Origin: Candidatus Nanopelagicales bacterium | GTDB lineage: Bacteria; Actinomycetota; Actinomycetes; S36-B12 | Reading direction: 5' to 3' | DNA: 64,000 nt | NCBI GenBank assembly: GCA_040266055.1 | Contig: JBDQFC010000006.1 | Span: forward strand, 28,561 to 92,560 | Part shown: positions 54,373 to 63,048 of the stretch, one piece after another | Layout: every line of letters starts with the position of its first letter | How positions within the stretch are numbered: the first letter of the stretch is position 1 | Program-made: the position numbers and the translations under genes | The notes under the pieces: model-generated | Databases searched by the model: none | Told to the model about the DNA's origin: nothing | What the model saw: the letters and a program-made list of their open reading frames with translations, nothing else

Positions 54373-55713
54373 TCAGGCGCACTCGCACCGAGTGCCGTGA
54401 GCACCCAGGCGGGCGACCTCTTCGCCCGCGTCGTACACCGCGAGATCGCGGGTCTTGGTCGCGACGACGGCATAGGGGCCGGTTACGGCCTCTGGGCTAG
54501 TCATTGCGCTCGTGACGAATGAGGCTGTCAGTCCGTTGACGTCTACGACGGCTCCGATGGCGAACAGTGATCGAGTCTCGTCAATCGCATCTCCCGTTCC
54601 GGCACGGATGACGAGTCGAGTGTTGGGTGCGATGGCAAGCGAAGAAACGGCGACGGCAATGTTGTCCCATTCGGCTGATCCGGCAGCGACGATCGCCTCG
54701 GCCTCGTGCACTCGCGCGGCTGTCAGAGTGGAGCGCGATGCGGCGTCACCGATGATCACTGGAATGCCCGACGTTCGCGCCAGTTGCAAGGATCGAGCAT
54801 TGGGGTTGGCTTCGATTCCGATGACGGCAACGCCCAGTGCTTTGAGCTCCTCGGCAAGGCGAAGTCCCACCTGACCCATGCCGACAACGATGACGTGTCC
54901 GAATCGCGGAGCTACCCGGCGGCCGAAGAGGGCTACGTGCCGGCCGGACAGCAGATAGTTGACGATGCCGGCAGCGAACATCGCGGTGAAAGCCAGGACT
55001 GCCAGTGCGGCGACGGTGGCCCAGACGAGCACCCACGGTTCGTCTGGAAGTGCCGGGGCCGAGATCGTGGCCGTGGTTCGGGTGGCGTCGTAGAGAGCGC
55101 GTAGGAAGTTCGCATGCTGCAGGCCGACGATCGTGTCCAGCACGATCACGGTGATTAAGCCAAGGACCCCGGTGAGCAGAACCTTGGTACCTGCGTCGTA
55201 AGGACGTAGTTGCCCGGCGATACGCCCTAGCCGTCCGTAGCGCTTAAGTCCATCTGGAGTTGAGAACCCCTGGACGTGCAGATGGTCGTCTGCATCGACG
55301 CGCAGCGAAACCCAATCTTTCTCGTCTTGGGTGTCTTGCCGCCGGATGGCGGCGGCCCGCGGTTCGATTGCTGCCGCCACCAGGCTCGGCACGCTGATCG
55401 CGGCGGGGGAGAGAACCAGCGATTGCGGGACGTGCGTACGCAGTTGTTCGCGGGCGGTTCGGTCGAACATCGCAACGAACAACTTCGCTGCTGGCCGTAT
55501 GTGATGAGCGGCCAGTGAGTACCGCAGGGCCTTGATGTCGTCGTGCAGAAGGACCGCGATGCCATCGACCTGGGTGGTTAGCGCGGCGCGAAGTTCGGCG
55601 TCGCTTGGTTCATCGAGATGGACCGTTTCGAGCCCGGAGTCTTGCAGTAGTCCACAGACGCGACGGCCAACCGAAGTCTGACCTATGACGAGGATGCGTC
55701 GCGGTGTCTCCAC
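54373..55713 (-). CDS. RCK/TrkA-N - two-TM pore-like module - RCK/TrkA-N protein (potassium-channel-like, degenerate filter)
   Basis: 446 aa. N-terminal Rossmann-like ILVIGQTSVGRRV, TM1 KVLLTGVLGLITVIVLDTIVGL, pore-like FLRALYDATRTTATISAP, TM2 WVLVWATVAALAVLAFTAMFAAGIV, then a second TrkA-N VIVVGMGQVGLRLAEEL. Confidence 0.6.
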   Translation of the reverse strand: METPRRILVIGQTSVGRRVCGLLQDSGLETVHLDEPSDAELRAALTTQVDGIAVLLHDDIKALRYSLAAHHIRPAAKLFVAMFDRTAREQLRTHVPQSLVLSPAAISVPSLVAAAIEPRAAAIRRQDTQDEKDWVSLRVDADDHLHVQGFSTPDGLKRYGRLGRIAGQLRPYDAGTKVLLTGVLGLITVIVLDTIVGLQHANFLRALYDATRTTATISAPALPDEPWVLVWATVAALAVLAFTAMFAAGIVNYLLSGRHVALFGRRVAPRFGHVIVVGMGQVGLRLAEELKALGVAVIGIEANPNARSLQLARTSGIPVIIGDAASRSTLTAARVHEAEAIVAAGSAEWDNIAVAVSSLAIAPNTRLVIRAGTGDAIDETRSLFAIGAVVDVNGLTASFVTSAMTSPEAVTGPYAVVATKTRDLAVYDAGEEVARLGAHGTRCECA

Positions 55714-55736
55714 AACATTGAGACTAGGGGCAAGTC

Positions 55737-57458
55737 TCAGCCCGCGGAGGGTTCTTCCTTTTTAGGCGGCTCATAGCCCTCACGCTCCACGCGCGCAGCG
55801 TTCTTGGGCAGGGTGAACGAGGTCAACAGGCCCAGGAAGACGAATCCGCCCGCGACCCAGGCAACGGTCTTGATGGCATTGGCGAATCCCTGCGAAGCCC
55901 CCTCGACCAAAACCTGCCCGTCGGGCTGCTGCTCGAGAGCCGGTATGGCCTGCCCGGCGGAACCGGCAACTGCTTGAGACACCTGCTCAGCCTGCTGCGA
56001 GGGGACGCCGCGTTCCTCGAGTTCGGTCGCGGTGGTTCCCAAACCGATAATCAGCGTGGTGCCGATGATCGCGGTGCCGATCGCAGCGCCGACCTGGCGG
56101 GAGGTGGACTGCACCGCACTGGCTGAGCCAGACTCGGCGACCGGAACTTCGGACAAGATGACGCCTGTCAATTGTGCGGTGGCAAAGCCGACGCCCATGC
56201 CGTAGAGGAACAGCCACGGCGCCATCTGCCACCCGGTGATGGTCGTGGAAAGCATGATGCCCAGCCCGACGATGCCGATGACCTCCAGCAGCATGCCCAG
56301 TTGAAGAACGCGCACGGGGCCGAAACGCTGCGACAGTCCCGCTCCGGCACCGGAAGCCACGAAAGATCCAACAGCCAGGGCGAGGAGGATTACTCCGGTT
56401 TGTAGAGCGTCGTATCCGCGAGTGGCCTGAAGGAAGAGCGGAATGGCGAACAGGAGCCCGAATTCGCCGAGGCTCACGATCACGGCCACCGCGTTGCCCG
56501 CTCCGAAGGACTTGATTCGGAACAGTTTCAAGTCCAAGATCACGATCTTGCCGGCCTTGGAGCGAGAGTTCTCAACGAAGAGCATGGCAAGCAGCGCGAT
56601 GACGCCGAGTATTCCGGCGACGGGGACGATGGAAATCGACGTCGAGGGCCATTCCCATGAGCCGATGGTGAATTGGTTGGTAGGTGTCCACCAGCCGTAG
56701 CGCTGACCTTCGATCATCGCGAACACGATGCCGAGCAATCCGGCCGTGACCAAGATGGTGCCGGGGATGTCGATGCCCTTGCGCCCGAGAACATCGCGAG
56801 TTTCGGGGACCACCACCAGAACGCCGATCAGCACGATGATTCCGATCGGGACGTTGATGAGAAACGCCCAGTGCCAGGAGTAATAGGTGGTCAACCAGCC
56901 ACCAACAAGCGGCCCTAGAGCCGCCATACCGCCGATGGTTCCGCCCCAGACGGCGAACGCGACGGCCCTCGCCTTGCCCACAAAAACTGCGTTGATGACC
57001 GAGAGCGAGCTCGGCAGGATCATTGCTCCGCCAACGCCCTGAAGAGCCCGAGCAGCAATCAGTGTGATCGCGCTGTCGGACGCTGCGACGAGCACGCTCG
57101 CTCCGACGAAGACGACCACGCCGATGATGAATAGGAGTTTGCGGCCGAAGCGGTCTGCGAGGCGTCCGAAGAAAATGAGAAGAGACGCGAAGGTCAGGGA
57201 GTACGCGGCGTTAATCCATTCGGCGTCGTTGGTCGAAAGGCTTAGGTCCTTGACCATCGTCGGGATGGCGACGTTCACCACGGTGGCGTCCAAGATGATC
57301 ATCGCCACGCCGAGGGCAAGGAACAGCAGAGCGGCCCAACGCTTCTTGCCCTGCATGGCTATTTGGTCAGGCACCGTGTTCACTCGGGTCGCTCCCTGCT
57401 TGCGGTTGTCGCTTGGTGCCGACACTGCGTCGGCAACCGCAGTCTGCCGCATCCCCAA
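55737..57458 (-). CDS. MFS transporter, DHA2 (EmrB/QacA-like, 14-TM) family
   Basis: About 14 TM helices. ILDATVVNVAIPTM and GRLADRFGRKLLF motifs. The ATG at 57356 (MQGKKRW) is an alternative start. Confidence 0.85.
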   Translation of the reverse strand: MGMRQTAVADAVSAPSDNRKQGATRVNTVPDQIAMQGKKRWAALLFLALGVAMIILDATVVNVAIPTMVKDLSLSTNDAEWINAAYSLTFASLLIFFGRLADRFGRKLLFIIGVVVFVGASVLVAASDSAITLIAARALQGVGGAMILPSSLSVINAVFVGKARAVAFAVWGGTIGGMAALGPLVGGWLTTYYSWHWAFLINVPIGIIVLIGVLVVVPETRDVLGRKGIDIPGTILVTAGLLGIVFAMIEGQRYGWWTPTNQFTIGSWEWPSTSISIVPVAGILGVIALLAMLFVENSRSKAGKIVILDLKLFRIKSFGAGNAVAVIVSLGEFGLLFAIPLFLQATRGYDALQTGVILLALAVGSFVASGAGAGLSQRFGPVRVLQLGMLLEVIGIVGLGIMLSTTITGWQMAPWLFLYGMGVGFATAQLTGVILSEVPVAESGSASAVQSTSRQVGAAIGTAIIGTTLIIGLGTTATELEERGVPSQQAEQVSQAVAGSAGQAIPALEQQPDGQVLVEGASQGFANAIKTVAWVAGGFVFLGLLTSFTLPKNAARVEREGYEPPKKEEPSAG

Positions 57459-57479
57459 GGTGCTGAGACAATCCTGCGC

Positions 57480-58655
57480 GTGAGTGTCGTGACATCCGAG
57501 CTGGGTTTGAGGCAGCGGTTACCCCTACGTGTAGGTGACGCCGTGATCGACCCTCCCGTCGTCCTGGCTCCGATGGCGGGAATCACCAATCGGGCTTTTC
57601 GGCGACTATGTCGGGAATCGGGAGCGGGCCTTTACGTCTCGGAGATGACCACGTCGAGGGCTCTCGTGGAGCGCAACGCAGCCACGATGGACATGGTCAG
57701 CTTTGCCGACGACGAATCCCCTCGATCGGTCCAGTTGTACGGAGTCGACCCACGCGTGATGGCCGAGGCTGTCCGCATCATCGTGACGGAAGATCGCGCC
57801 GATCACATCGACATGAACTTCGGCTGCCCGGTTCCCAAGGTGACGCGCAAGGGCGGTGGTAGTGCTCTGCCCTGGAAGAAGGATCTCTTTGCCTCGATCG
57901 TCGAGTCGGCTGTTGAAGCCGCCGATGGTCGAGTGCCCGTCTCAGTCAAGATGCGCAAGGGCATAGATGAGCACCACCTGACGTATCTCGAAGCTGGCCG
58001 TACCGCGGCTCGAGCGGGAGTGTCCTGGGTGGCACTGCACGCCCGGACGACTCAGGACATGTATTCGGGCTACGCGGACTGGCCGGCCATTGCCCGCTTG
58101 AAGGATGAGCTGTCCGAGTTCGACGTTCCAGTCCTAGGTAATGGTGACATCTGGACGGCCGCCGATGCGTTGCGCATGGTCGAGGAAACCGGCGCCGATG
58201 GCGTCGTCGTCGGGCGTGGATGCCTGGGCCGGCCCTGGCTCTTCGGACACCTGGTGGCCGCTTTCCGCGGCGATCCGCTGCCACCGGAGCCCCGACTCGA
58301 CGAAGTCCTAAGCACTCTTCGGCGGCACGCCGAGTTGCTGTGCCAGGACTACGGCGAGGTCAAAGGCTGTCGGGACATCCGCAAGCACATGGCGTGGTAC
58401 CTCAAAGGGTTCCGCGTTCCCCAGCCCATTCGACAAGCGCTCGGCACCGTGGCGACGCTCGATGAACTCGACCAACTGCTGGGGCAGATCGACGGCGACC
58501 AAGACTTCAACACCGAGGTGGGTTCGGGGCCGCGTGGGCGCACATCGGGTGGCAGGGCGCCGACCTTGCCCGAGGGCTGGCTGGATAGCCCCTTCATCGA
58601 CGAGGCGGCGGCCTGCACAGTTGCTGAAGCCGAGCTCTCTGTCAGTGGCGGTTAA
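57480..58655 (+). CDS. dus: tRNA-dihydrouridine synthase
   Basis: ORF 57363..58655. GTG at 57480. VVLAPMAGITNRAFRRLCRE, DMNFGCP, and a TIM-barrel Dus family C-terminal helical domain. Confidence 0.9.
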   Translation: MSVVTSELGLRQRLPLRVGDAVIDPPVVLAPMAGITNRAFRRLCRESGAGLYVSEMTTSRALVERNAATMDMVSFADDESPRSVQLYGVDPRVMAEAVRIIVTEDRADHIDMNFGCPVPKVTRKGGGSALPWKKDLFASIVESAVEAADGRVPVSVKMRKGIDEHHLTYLEAGRTAARAGVSWVALHARTTQDMYSGYADWPAIARLKDELSEFDVPVLGNGDIWTAADALRMVEETGADGVVVGRGCLGRPWLFGHLVAAFRGDPLPPEPRLDEVLSTLRRHAELLCQDYGEVKGCRDIRKHMAWYLKGFRVPQPIRQALGTVATLDELDQLLGQIDGDQDFNTEVGSGPRGRTSGGRAPTLPEGWLDSPFIDEAAACTVAEAELSVSGG

Positions 58656-58776
58656 TGTGACAGGGGCCAATATCCGAGGCGTTGTGGGGCATATCACGGT
58701 CAATTCGTGGAGTCTGTGGTCCCTTGAGTGAGTTTTGGGCTAGCCATGAAGCGTTTGCATAGTGTGGCCTTGGTCC

Positions 58777-61485
58777 ATGTACGTCTATGACTTTCGCGAC
58801 GGTGACCGTTCGATGGCCGACCTCCTTGGAGGAAAGGGCGCCAATCTCGCCGAGATGACCAAATTGGGGCTGCCCGTGCCCCCGGGCTTCACCATCACCA
58901 CCCCGGCATGCCAGTTCTATCTCAACCACGGCGAGAATCCCGAAGGTCTCGACGCCGAGATCGCCTCGCACGTTGCGACCCTCGAGGAGCAGATGGGTCG
59001 CAGACTGGGTGACCCGAGCGATCCGCTGTTGGTCTCCGTTCGCTCCGGTGCACGCTTCTCGATGCCGGGAATGATGGAAACGGTCTTGAATATCGGTCTC
59101 AACGACGAGAGTGTCGCGGGTCTGGCGGCGAAGGCCGACGACGAACGTTTCGCCTGGGACGCGTACCGACGTCTCCTTCAGATGTTCGGCAAGACGGTTC
59201 TGGGCATCAGCGGCGAGGAATTCGAATCTCGCCTCGATGCGGCCAAGGAGTCAGCGGGAGCCGCTAGCGACACCGAGTTGTCGCCGACACAGTTGCAGGT
59301 CTTGGTCGAGACGTTCAAGGACGTGATCGCGCGGGAATCAGGGTCACCGTTCCCGCAAGACCCGCACGAGCAGTTGATGCGCGCCGTTCGAGCGGTATTC
59401 GATTCGTGGAACACCGAGCGGGCAATCATCTACCGGCGCCGCGAGCGCATCGCGGAGGATCTGGGGACTGCTGTCAACGTTCAAGCTATGGCGTTCGGCA
59501 ACGTGGGAGAAGGCTCGGGCACAGGTGTTGCCTTCACTCGCGACCCGGGCTCGGGGGAGAAGGGTGTCTACGGCGACTACCTGCCCGATGCCCAGGGTGA
59601 AGACGTAGTCGCGGGAATTCGCAACACCTTGTCCCTACACGAACTCGAGCAACTCGACAAGAAGTCCTACGACGAGCTCATGGCAATCATGACCACACTT
59701 GAGGGCCACTATCGAGACATCTGCGATATCGAGTTCACCATCGAACGAGGCAAGCTTTGGATGTTGCAAACGCGAGTGGGCAAGAGAACCGCGGGAGCGG
59801 CCTTCCGCATTGCTACCCAACTCGTGGATGAGGGCGTCATCTCGATGGACGAGGCGGTGGAGCGGGTAACCGGTTCCCAACTGGCGCAGTTGATGTTCCC
59901 CCAATTCGCGAGCGATAACGACGGCGACGTTTTGGCTGTGGGCACGAATGCTTCACCGGGAGCGGCGGTGGGCAAGATCGTCTTCGAATCGGCTGATGCC
60001 GTCGCCTGGACAGCGCGCGGAGAGCAGGTGATCTTGGTGCGCCGGGAGACGAACCCGGACGACCTCGCGGGCATGGTCGCAGCGGCCGGCATCTTGACCA
60101 GTCGTGGCGGCAAGACGTCGCACGCGGCCGTGGTAGCTCGCGGCATGGGTAAGACGGCTGTGTGTGGAGCCGAGTTGATTGAGGTCCGAGGCTCGGAGAA
60201 GAAACTCAAGGTGGGGAATCGCGAACTGACCGAAGGTGACGTCATCTCCATCGACGGCAGCACCGGTGAGGTGTTCGCTGGCGAGGTGCCGGTCGTGCAG
60301 AGCCCTGTCGTGCGTTACTTCGAAGACGGTTTGGCTGCCGCGGTGAGTGGCGTCGACGAACCGACCGCCGACCTAGTCCGAGCGGTGGATCGGATCATGG
60401 TGCACGCGGATGAATGTCGTCGGTTGGGCGTTCGCACCAACGCTGACACCGGACCAGATTCGGCGCGCGCTCGTCGCATGGGTGCTGAAGGTATTGGTCT
60501 GCTGCGCACAGAGCACATGTTCCTCGGTGAGCACAAGAAGTTCGTCGAGAAGCTGATCCTCGCGAGCACTGAGGACGAGCAGCGCGAAGCCTTAGCAGCG
60601 CTTCTACCCTTGCAGATCGCCGACTTCACCGACGTTCTCGAGGCCATGGATGGCCTACCGGTGACCATCCGCTTGATCGATCCACCGCTCCACGAGTTCT
60701 TGCCCGATCGCACCGAACTCGCAGTCGAGGTTGCGCTGGATAAGGAGCGCGGGACGGTCGACGAAGCCAAGGTCGGCATCCTTCGTGAGGTCAACCGGCT
60801 CGCTGAGCAGAACCCGATGCTGGGTCTGCGAGGTGTTCGTCTGGGCCTGGTTCTCCCCGGCTTGTTCGCCCTCCAGGTTCGCGCAATCGCGGAGGCGGCC
60901 TGTGCTCTGCGCGCCCAGGGCAAGGACCCACGTGCGGAGATCATGATCCCGCTGGTTGCCACCTCGGCCGAATTCGAATTCACGCGGGCCGAGGCAGAGC
61001 GGGTCCTCGCGGAGGTTGGACAGAAGAACGGTTGCCCGTTGGACTTCCCGATCGGCACGATGATCGAACTTCCGCGCGCGGCACTGACGGCCGATCGGAT
61101 CGCCGAGCAAGCTGAGTTCTTCTCCTTCGGCACTAACGACCTGACCCAGACCACATGGGGATTCAGCCGCGACGACGTCGAGGCGGCCTTCTTCTCGCCC
61201 TATCTGGAGATGGGTGTGTTCTCGGTTTCCCCGTTCGAGTCCCTTGATCGAGAGGGTGTCGGCGCTTTGGTTCAGATGGCGGTGGAGAAGGGGCGCAGTA
61301 CCCGGCCCGGCCTGCACTGCGGCGTCTGCGGTGAACACGGCGGAGACCCTGAATCGGTTCACTTCTTTGATGAAGTAGGTCTGGACTATGTCTCGTGCTC
61401 GCCGTTTCGGGTGCCTGTGGCACGACTGGAGGCCGGTCGGTCTGCGATCGAAAAGGCCGGAGGAAAGGGCAGCGACACCCGTTAG
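58777..61485 (+). CDS. ppdK: Pyruvate, phosphate dikinase
   Basis: ORF 58762..61485. MYVYDFRDGDRSMADLLGGKGANLAEM. Phosphohistidine loop GGKTSHAAVVARGMG. C-terminal PEP/pyruvate domain FFSFGTNDLTQ. Confidence 0.95.
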   Translation: MYVYDFRDGDRSMADLLGGKGANLAEMTKLGLPVPPGFTITTPACQFYLNHGENPEGLDAEIASHVATLEEQMGRRLGDPSDPLLVSVRSGARFSMPGMMETVLNIGLNDESVAGLAAKADDERFAWDAYRRLLQMFGKTVLGISGEEFESRLDAAKESAGAASDTELSPTQLQVLVETFKDVIARESGSPFPQDPHEQLMRAVRAVFDSWNTERAIIYRRRERIAEDLGTAVNVQAMAFGNVGEGSGTGVAFTRDPGSGEKGVYGDYLPDAQGEDVVAGIRNTLSLHELEQLDKKSYDELMAIMTTLEGHYRDICDIEFTIERGKLWMLQTRVGKRTAGAAFRIATQLVDEGVISMDEAVERVTGSQLAQLMFPQFASDNDGDVLAVGTNASPGAAVGKIVFESADAVAWTARGEQVILVRRETNPDDLAGMVAAAGILTSRGGKTSHAAVVARGMGKTAVCGAELIEVRGSEKKLKVGNRELTEGDVISIDGSTGEVFAGEVPVVQSPVVRYFEDGLAAAVSGVDEPTADLVRAVDRIMVHADECRRLGVRTNADTGPDSARARRMGAEGIGLLRTEHMFLGEHKKFVEKLILASTEDEQREALAALLPLQIADFTDVLEAMDGLPVTIRLIDPPLHEFLPDRTELAVEVALDKERGTVDEAKVGILREVNRLAEQNPMLGLRGVRLGLVLPGLFALQVRAIAEAACALRAQGKDPRAEIMIPLVATSAEFEFTRAEAERVLAEVGQKNGCPLDFPIGTMIELPRAALTADRIAEQAEFFSFGTNDLTQTTWGFSRDDVEAAFFSPYLEMGVFSVSPFESLDREGVGALVQMAVEKGRSTRPGLHCGVCGEHGGDPESVHFFDEVGLDYVSCSPFRVPVARLEAGRSAIEKAGGKGSDTR

Positions 61486-61538
61486 ACAGCCGGTACACGC
61501 CCTTCGCCAAGAAGTTTGAATAGTCGAGGAGTGTTGTT

Positions 61539-62168
61539 GTGAAATCACTAGTCCTGGCGGCGACCGCAGCGTTGTCGTTGGCTTTCGCCGGCCCGGCGGT
61601 AGCGGCCACAGAGCAAATTCCCGTTCAAGCGACCAAGGCGAGCGTCGATAGTTGGGTGGGACAGGCTTCGGCGCACGACATGCGAGTGAGCACTCGCTAC
61701 AACCTCGATGAAGGTGTTGAGCGGGACTGTGGAATCTCGGCCGCCGGCTCCTCTGACTGTGCGGTCTTGGACCGAAATCCAGGAAGCGGCAACCCCTACC
61801 AGGAAATCCAGGTGGGGTCGCAACGCTGGAGGCGCGACATTCCCGGTGGCCCTTGGCAACGGCTTATGGACGTTGCGTCGGAGAACCCAATCGCCAACGT
61901 GTCTCGCTACTGGTCGTACAACCCATTTGAGCCGTGGAACGCCAAGAAGGGCGTGACCTGGAAAATGAAGACCAAGACGAATGGTGACGTTGTCATCACC
62001 TCAACCATCGCTAACCCGAGAGACGATGAGCCGAAGCGAACCCGGGTGGCCATTTCTCCGAACGGTCTGCATTTCTCGATCACTGCGAAGGCTGAAAACG
62101 GAAGCCGTCTGTGGCGCACCACGGGGGAGCTCGTGGACGGCGTCGTGGTCACTGCGCCGACGTCCTAG
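61539..62168 (+). CDS. Secreted hypothetical protein
   Basis: 209 aa. GTG start. Signal peptide MKSLVLAATAALSLAFAGPAVAAT. I recognise no family. Confidence 0.5.
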   Translation: MKSLVLAATAALSLAFAGPAVAATEQIPVQATKASVDSWVGQASAHDMRVSTRYNLDEGVERDCGISAAGSSDCAVLDRNPGSGNPYQEIQVGSQRWRRDIPGGPWQRLMDVASENPIANVSRYWSYNPFEPWNAKKGVTWKMKTKTNGDVVITSTIANPRDDEPKRTRVAISPNGLHFSITAKAENGSRLWRTTGELVDGVVVTAPTS

Positions 62169-62203
62169 TCACATCGCAGGGGAAAAGTCTTCTGGTTCCG
62201 CGA

Positions 62204-62240
62204 GGGCCGCACCCGAGATCGGGGTGCGGCCCTGGCTTTT
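62204..62240 (+). terminator. Rho-independent terminator
   Basis: GGGCCGCACCC(62204-14)-gagatcg-GGGTGCGGCCC(62222-32) followed by tggcTTTTgg. Confidence 0.65.
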
Positions 62241-62308
62241 GGTCCCGTGATGGATCTGTAACGGTGTCGGAACCGTGAAACGCAAGTGACGCATGTGACT
62301 ATTGCGCG

Positions 62309-62995
62309 GTGGCTTCCCCCGCGCTGACGCGCGTTTCTGCAGCGCAGCGTGCCTTCGCACATGCTCCCGCTCGACCCACCTCGCCCTGGTGGTTGCCCGG
62401 CTCGGCCCGGACCGCCAGCACGCTTCTGCTCACCGTGGTGATTGTCTCTACTTTGATGGTCCCCGTGGGCGCTACGGCCCAGGTGGTTTTGGCCTCGCAG
62501 TTCGATGATCGCTCGCCCACCCAGGCGATCGTGATGCTCGATCCGGGCCGAGTGTGGGGTGATCCCGACGCCACGCGGACCGCGCGAATCGACCACGCAG
62601 CTGAGCTCTATCGCGATCAAGTAGCGCCGGTGGTGATTGTCGCCGGGCCTCCGCGAACCCACGAGGAGACGATCCGGGGCCTGCAGATGCGCGGGGTTCC
62701 CGTCGCAGACGTTGTGACCTTTGACTCCGGCGCGGACACCGTTGGCCCGCTCACCACTGTTGCCTCGGTGATGCGTGACTTGGACTGGGTATCGGCGACC
62801 ATCGTGACCGATCCCGCGCACGCTGCTCGCGTGCAATCCACCGCTGGGGCTCTGGGCATGGACGCACATGTCTCGCCGACCCAATACGGCTCGAATGTCT
62901 CCCTGACCTCGGACTACGTCGGTAGGGAAGTGGCAGCCCTGTTGCGACACCACTTCGTGACCCGTTGGTCGCTGCCAAACCTCCTGGGCAGTTGA
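62309..62995 (+). CDS. DUF218 (YdcF/ElyC/SanA-like) domain protein with N-terminal TM segment
   Basis: 228 aa. TM segment ASTLLLTVVIVSTLMVPVG. AIVMLDPG...APVVIVAGPP...ATIVTDPAHAARV is typical of DUF218. Start uncertain. Confidence 0.6.
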   Translation: MASPALTRVSAAQRAFAHAPARPTSPWWLPGSARTASTLLLTVVIVSTLMVPVGATAQVVLASQFDDRSPTQAIVMLDPGRVWGDPDATRTARIDHAAELYRDQVAPVVIVAGPPRTHEETIRGLQMRGVPVADVVTFDSGADTVGPLTTVASVMRDLDWVSATIVTDPAHAARVQSTAGALGMDAHVSPTQYGSNVSLTSDYVGREVAALLRHHFVTRWSLPNLLGS

Positions 62996-63048
62996 TTCAT
63001 CGCCCATAGGCGGCACGACTGTCGTCCTAGCCTCGCTAATGTCGTGAC

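Noticed and set aside
54365-54380. Small palindrome GCCTG-ctagct-CAGGC spanning the convergent glyQS and channel-gene stop codons
   Set aside because: The stem is only 5 bp with no U-tract, which is too weak to call a bidirectional terminator. It may simply reflect the two stop codons sitting 1 nt apart.
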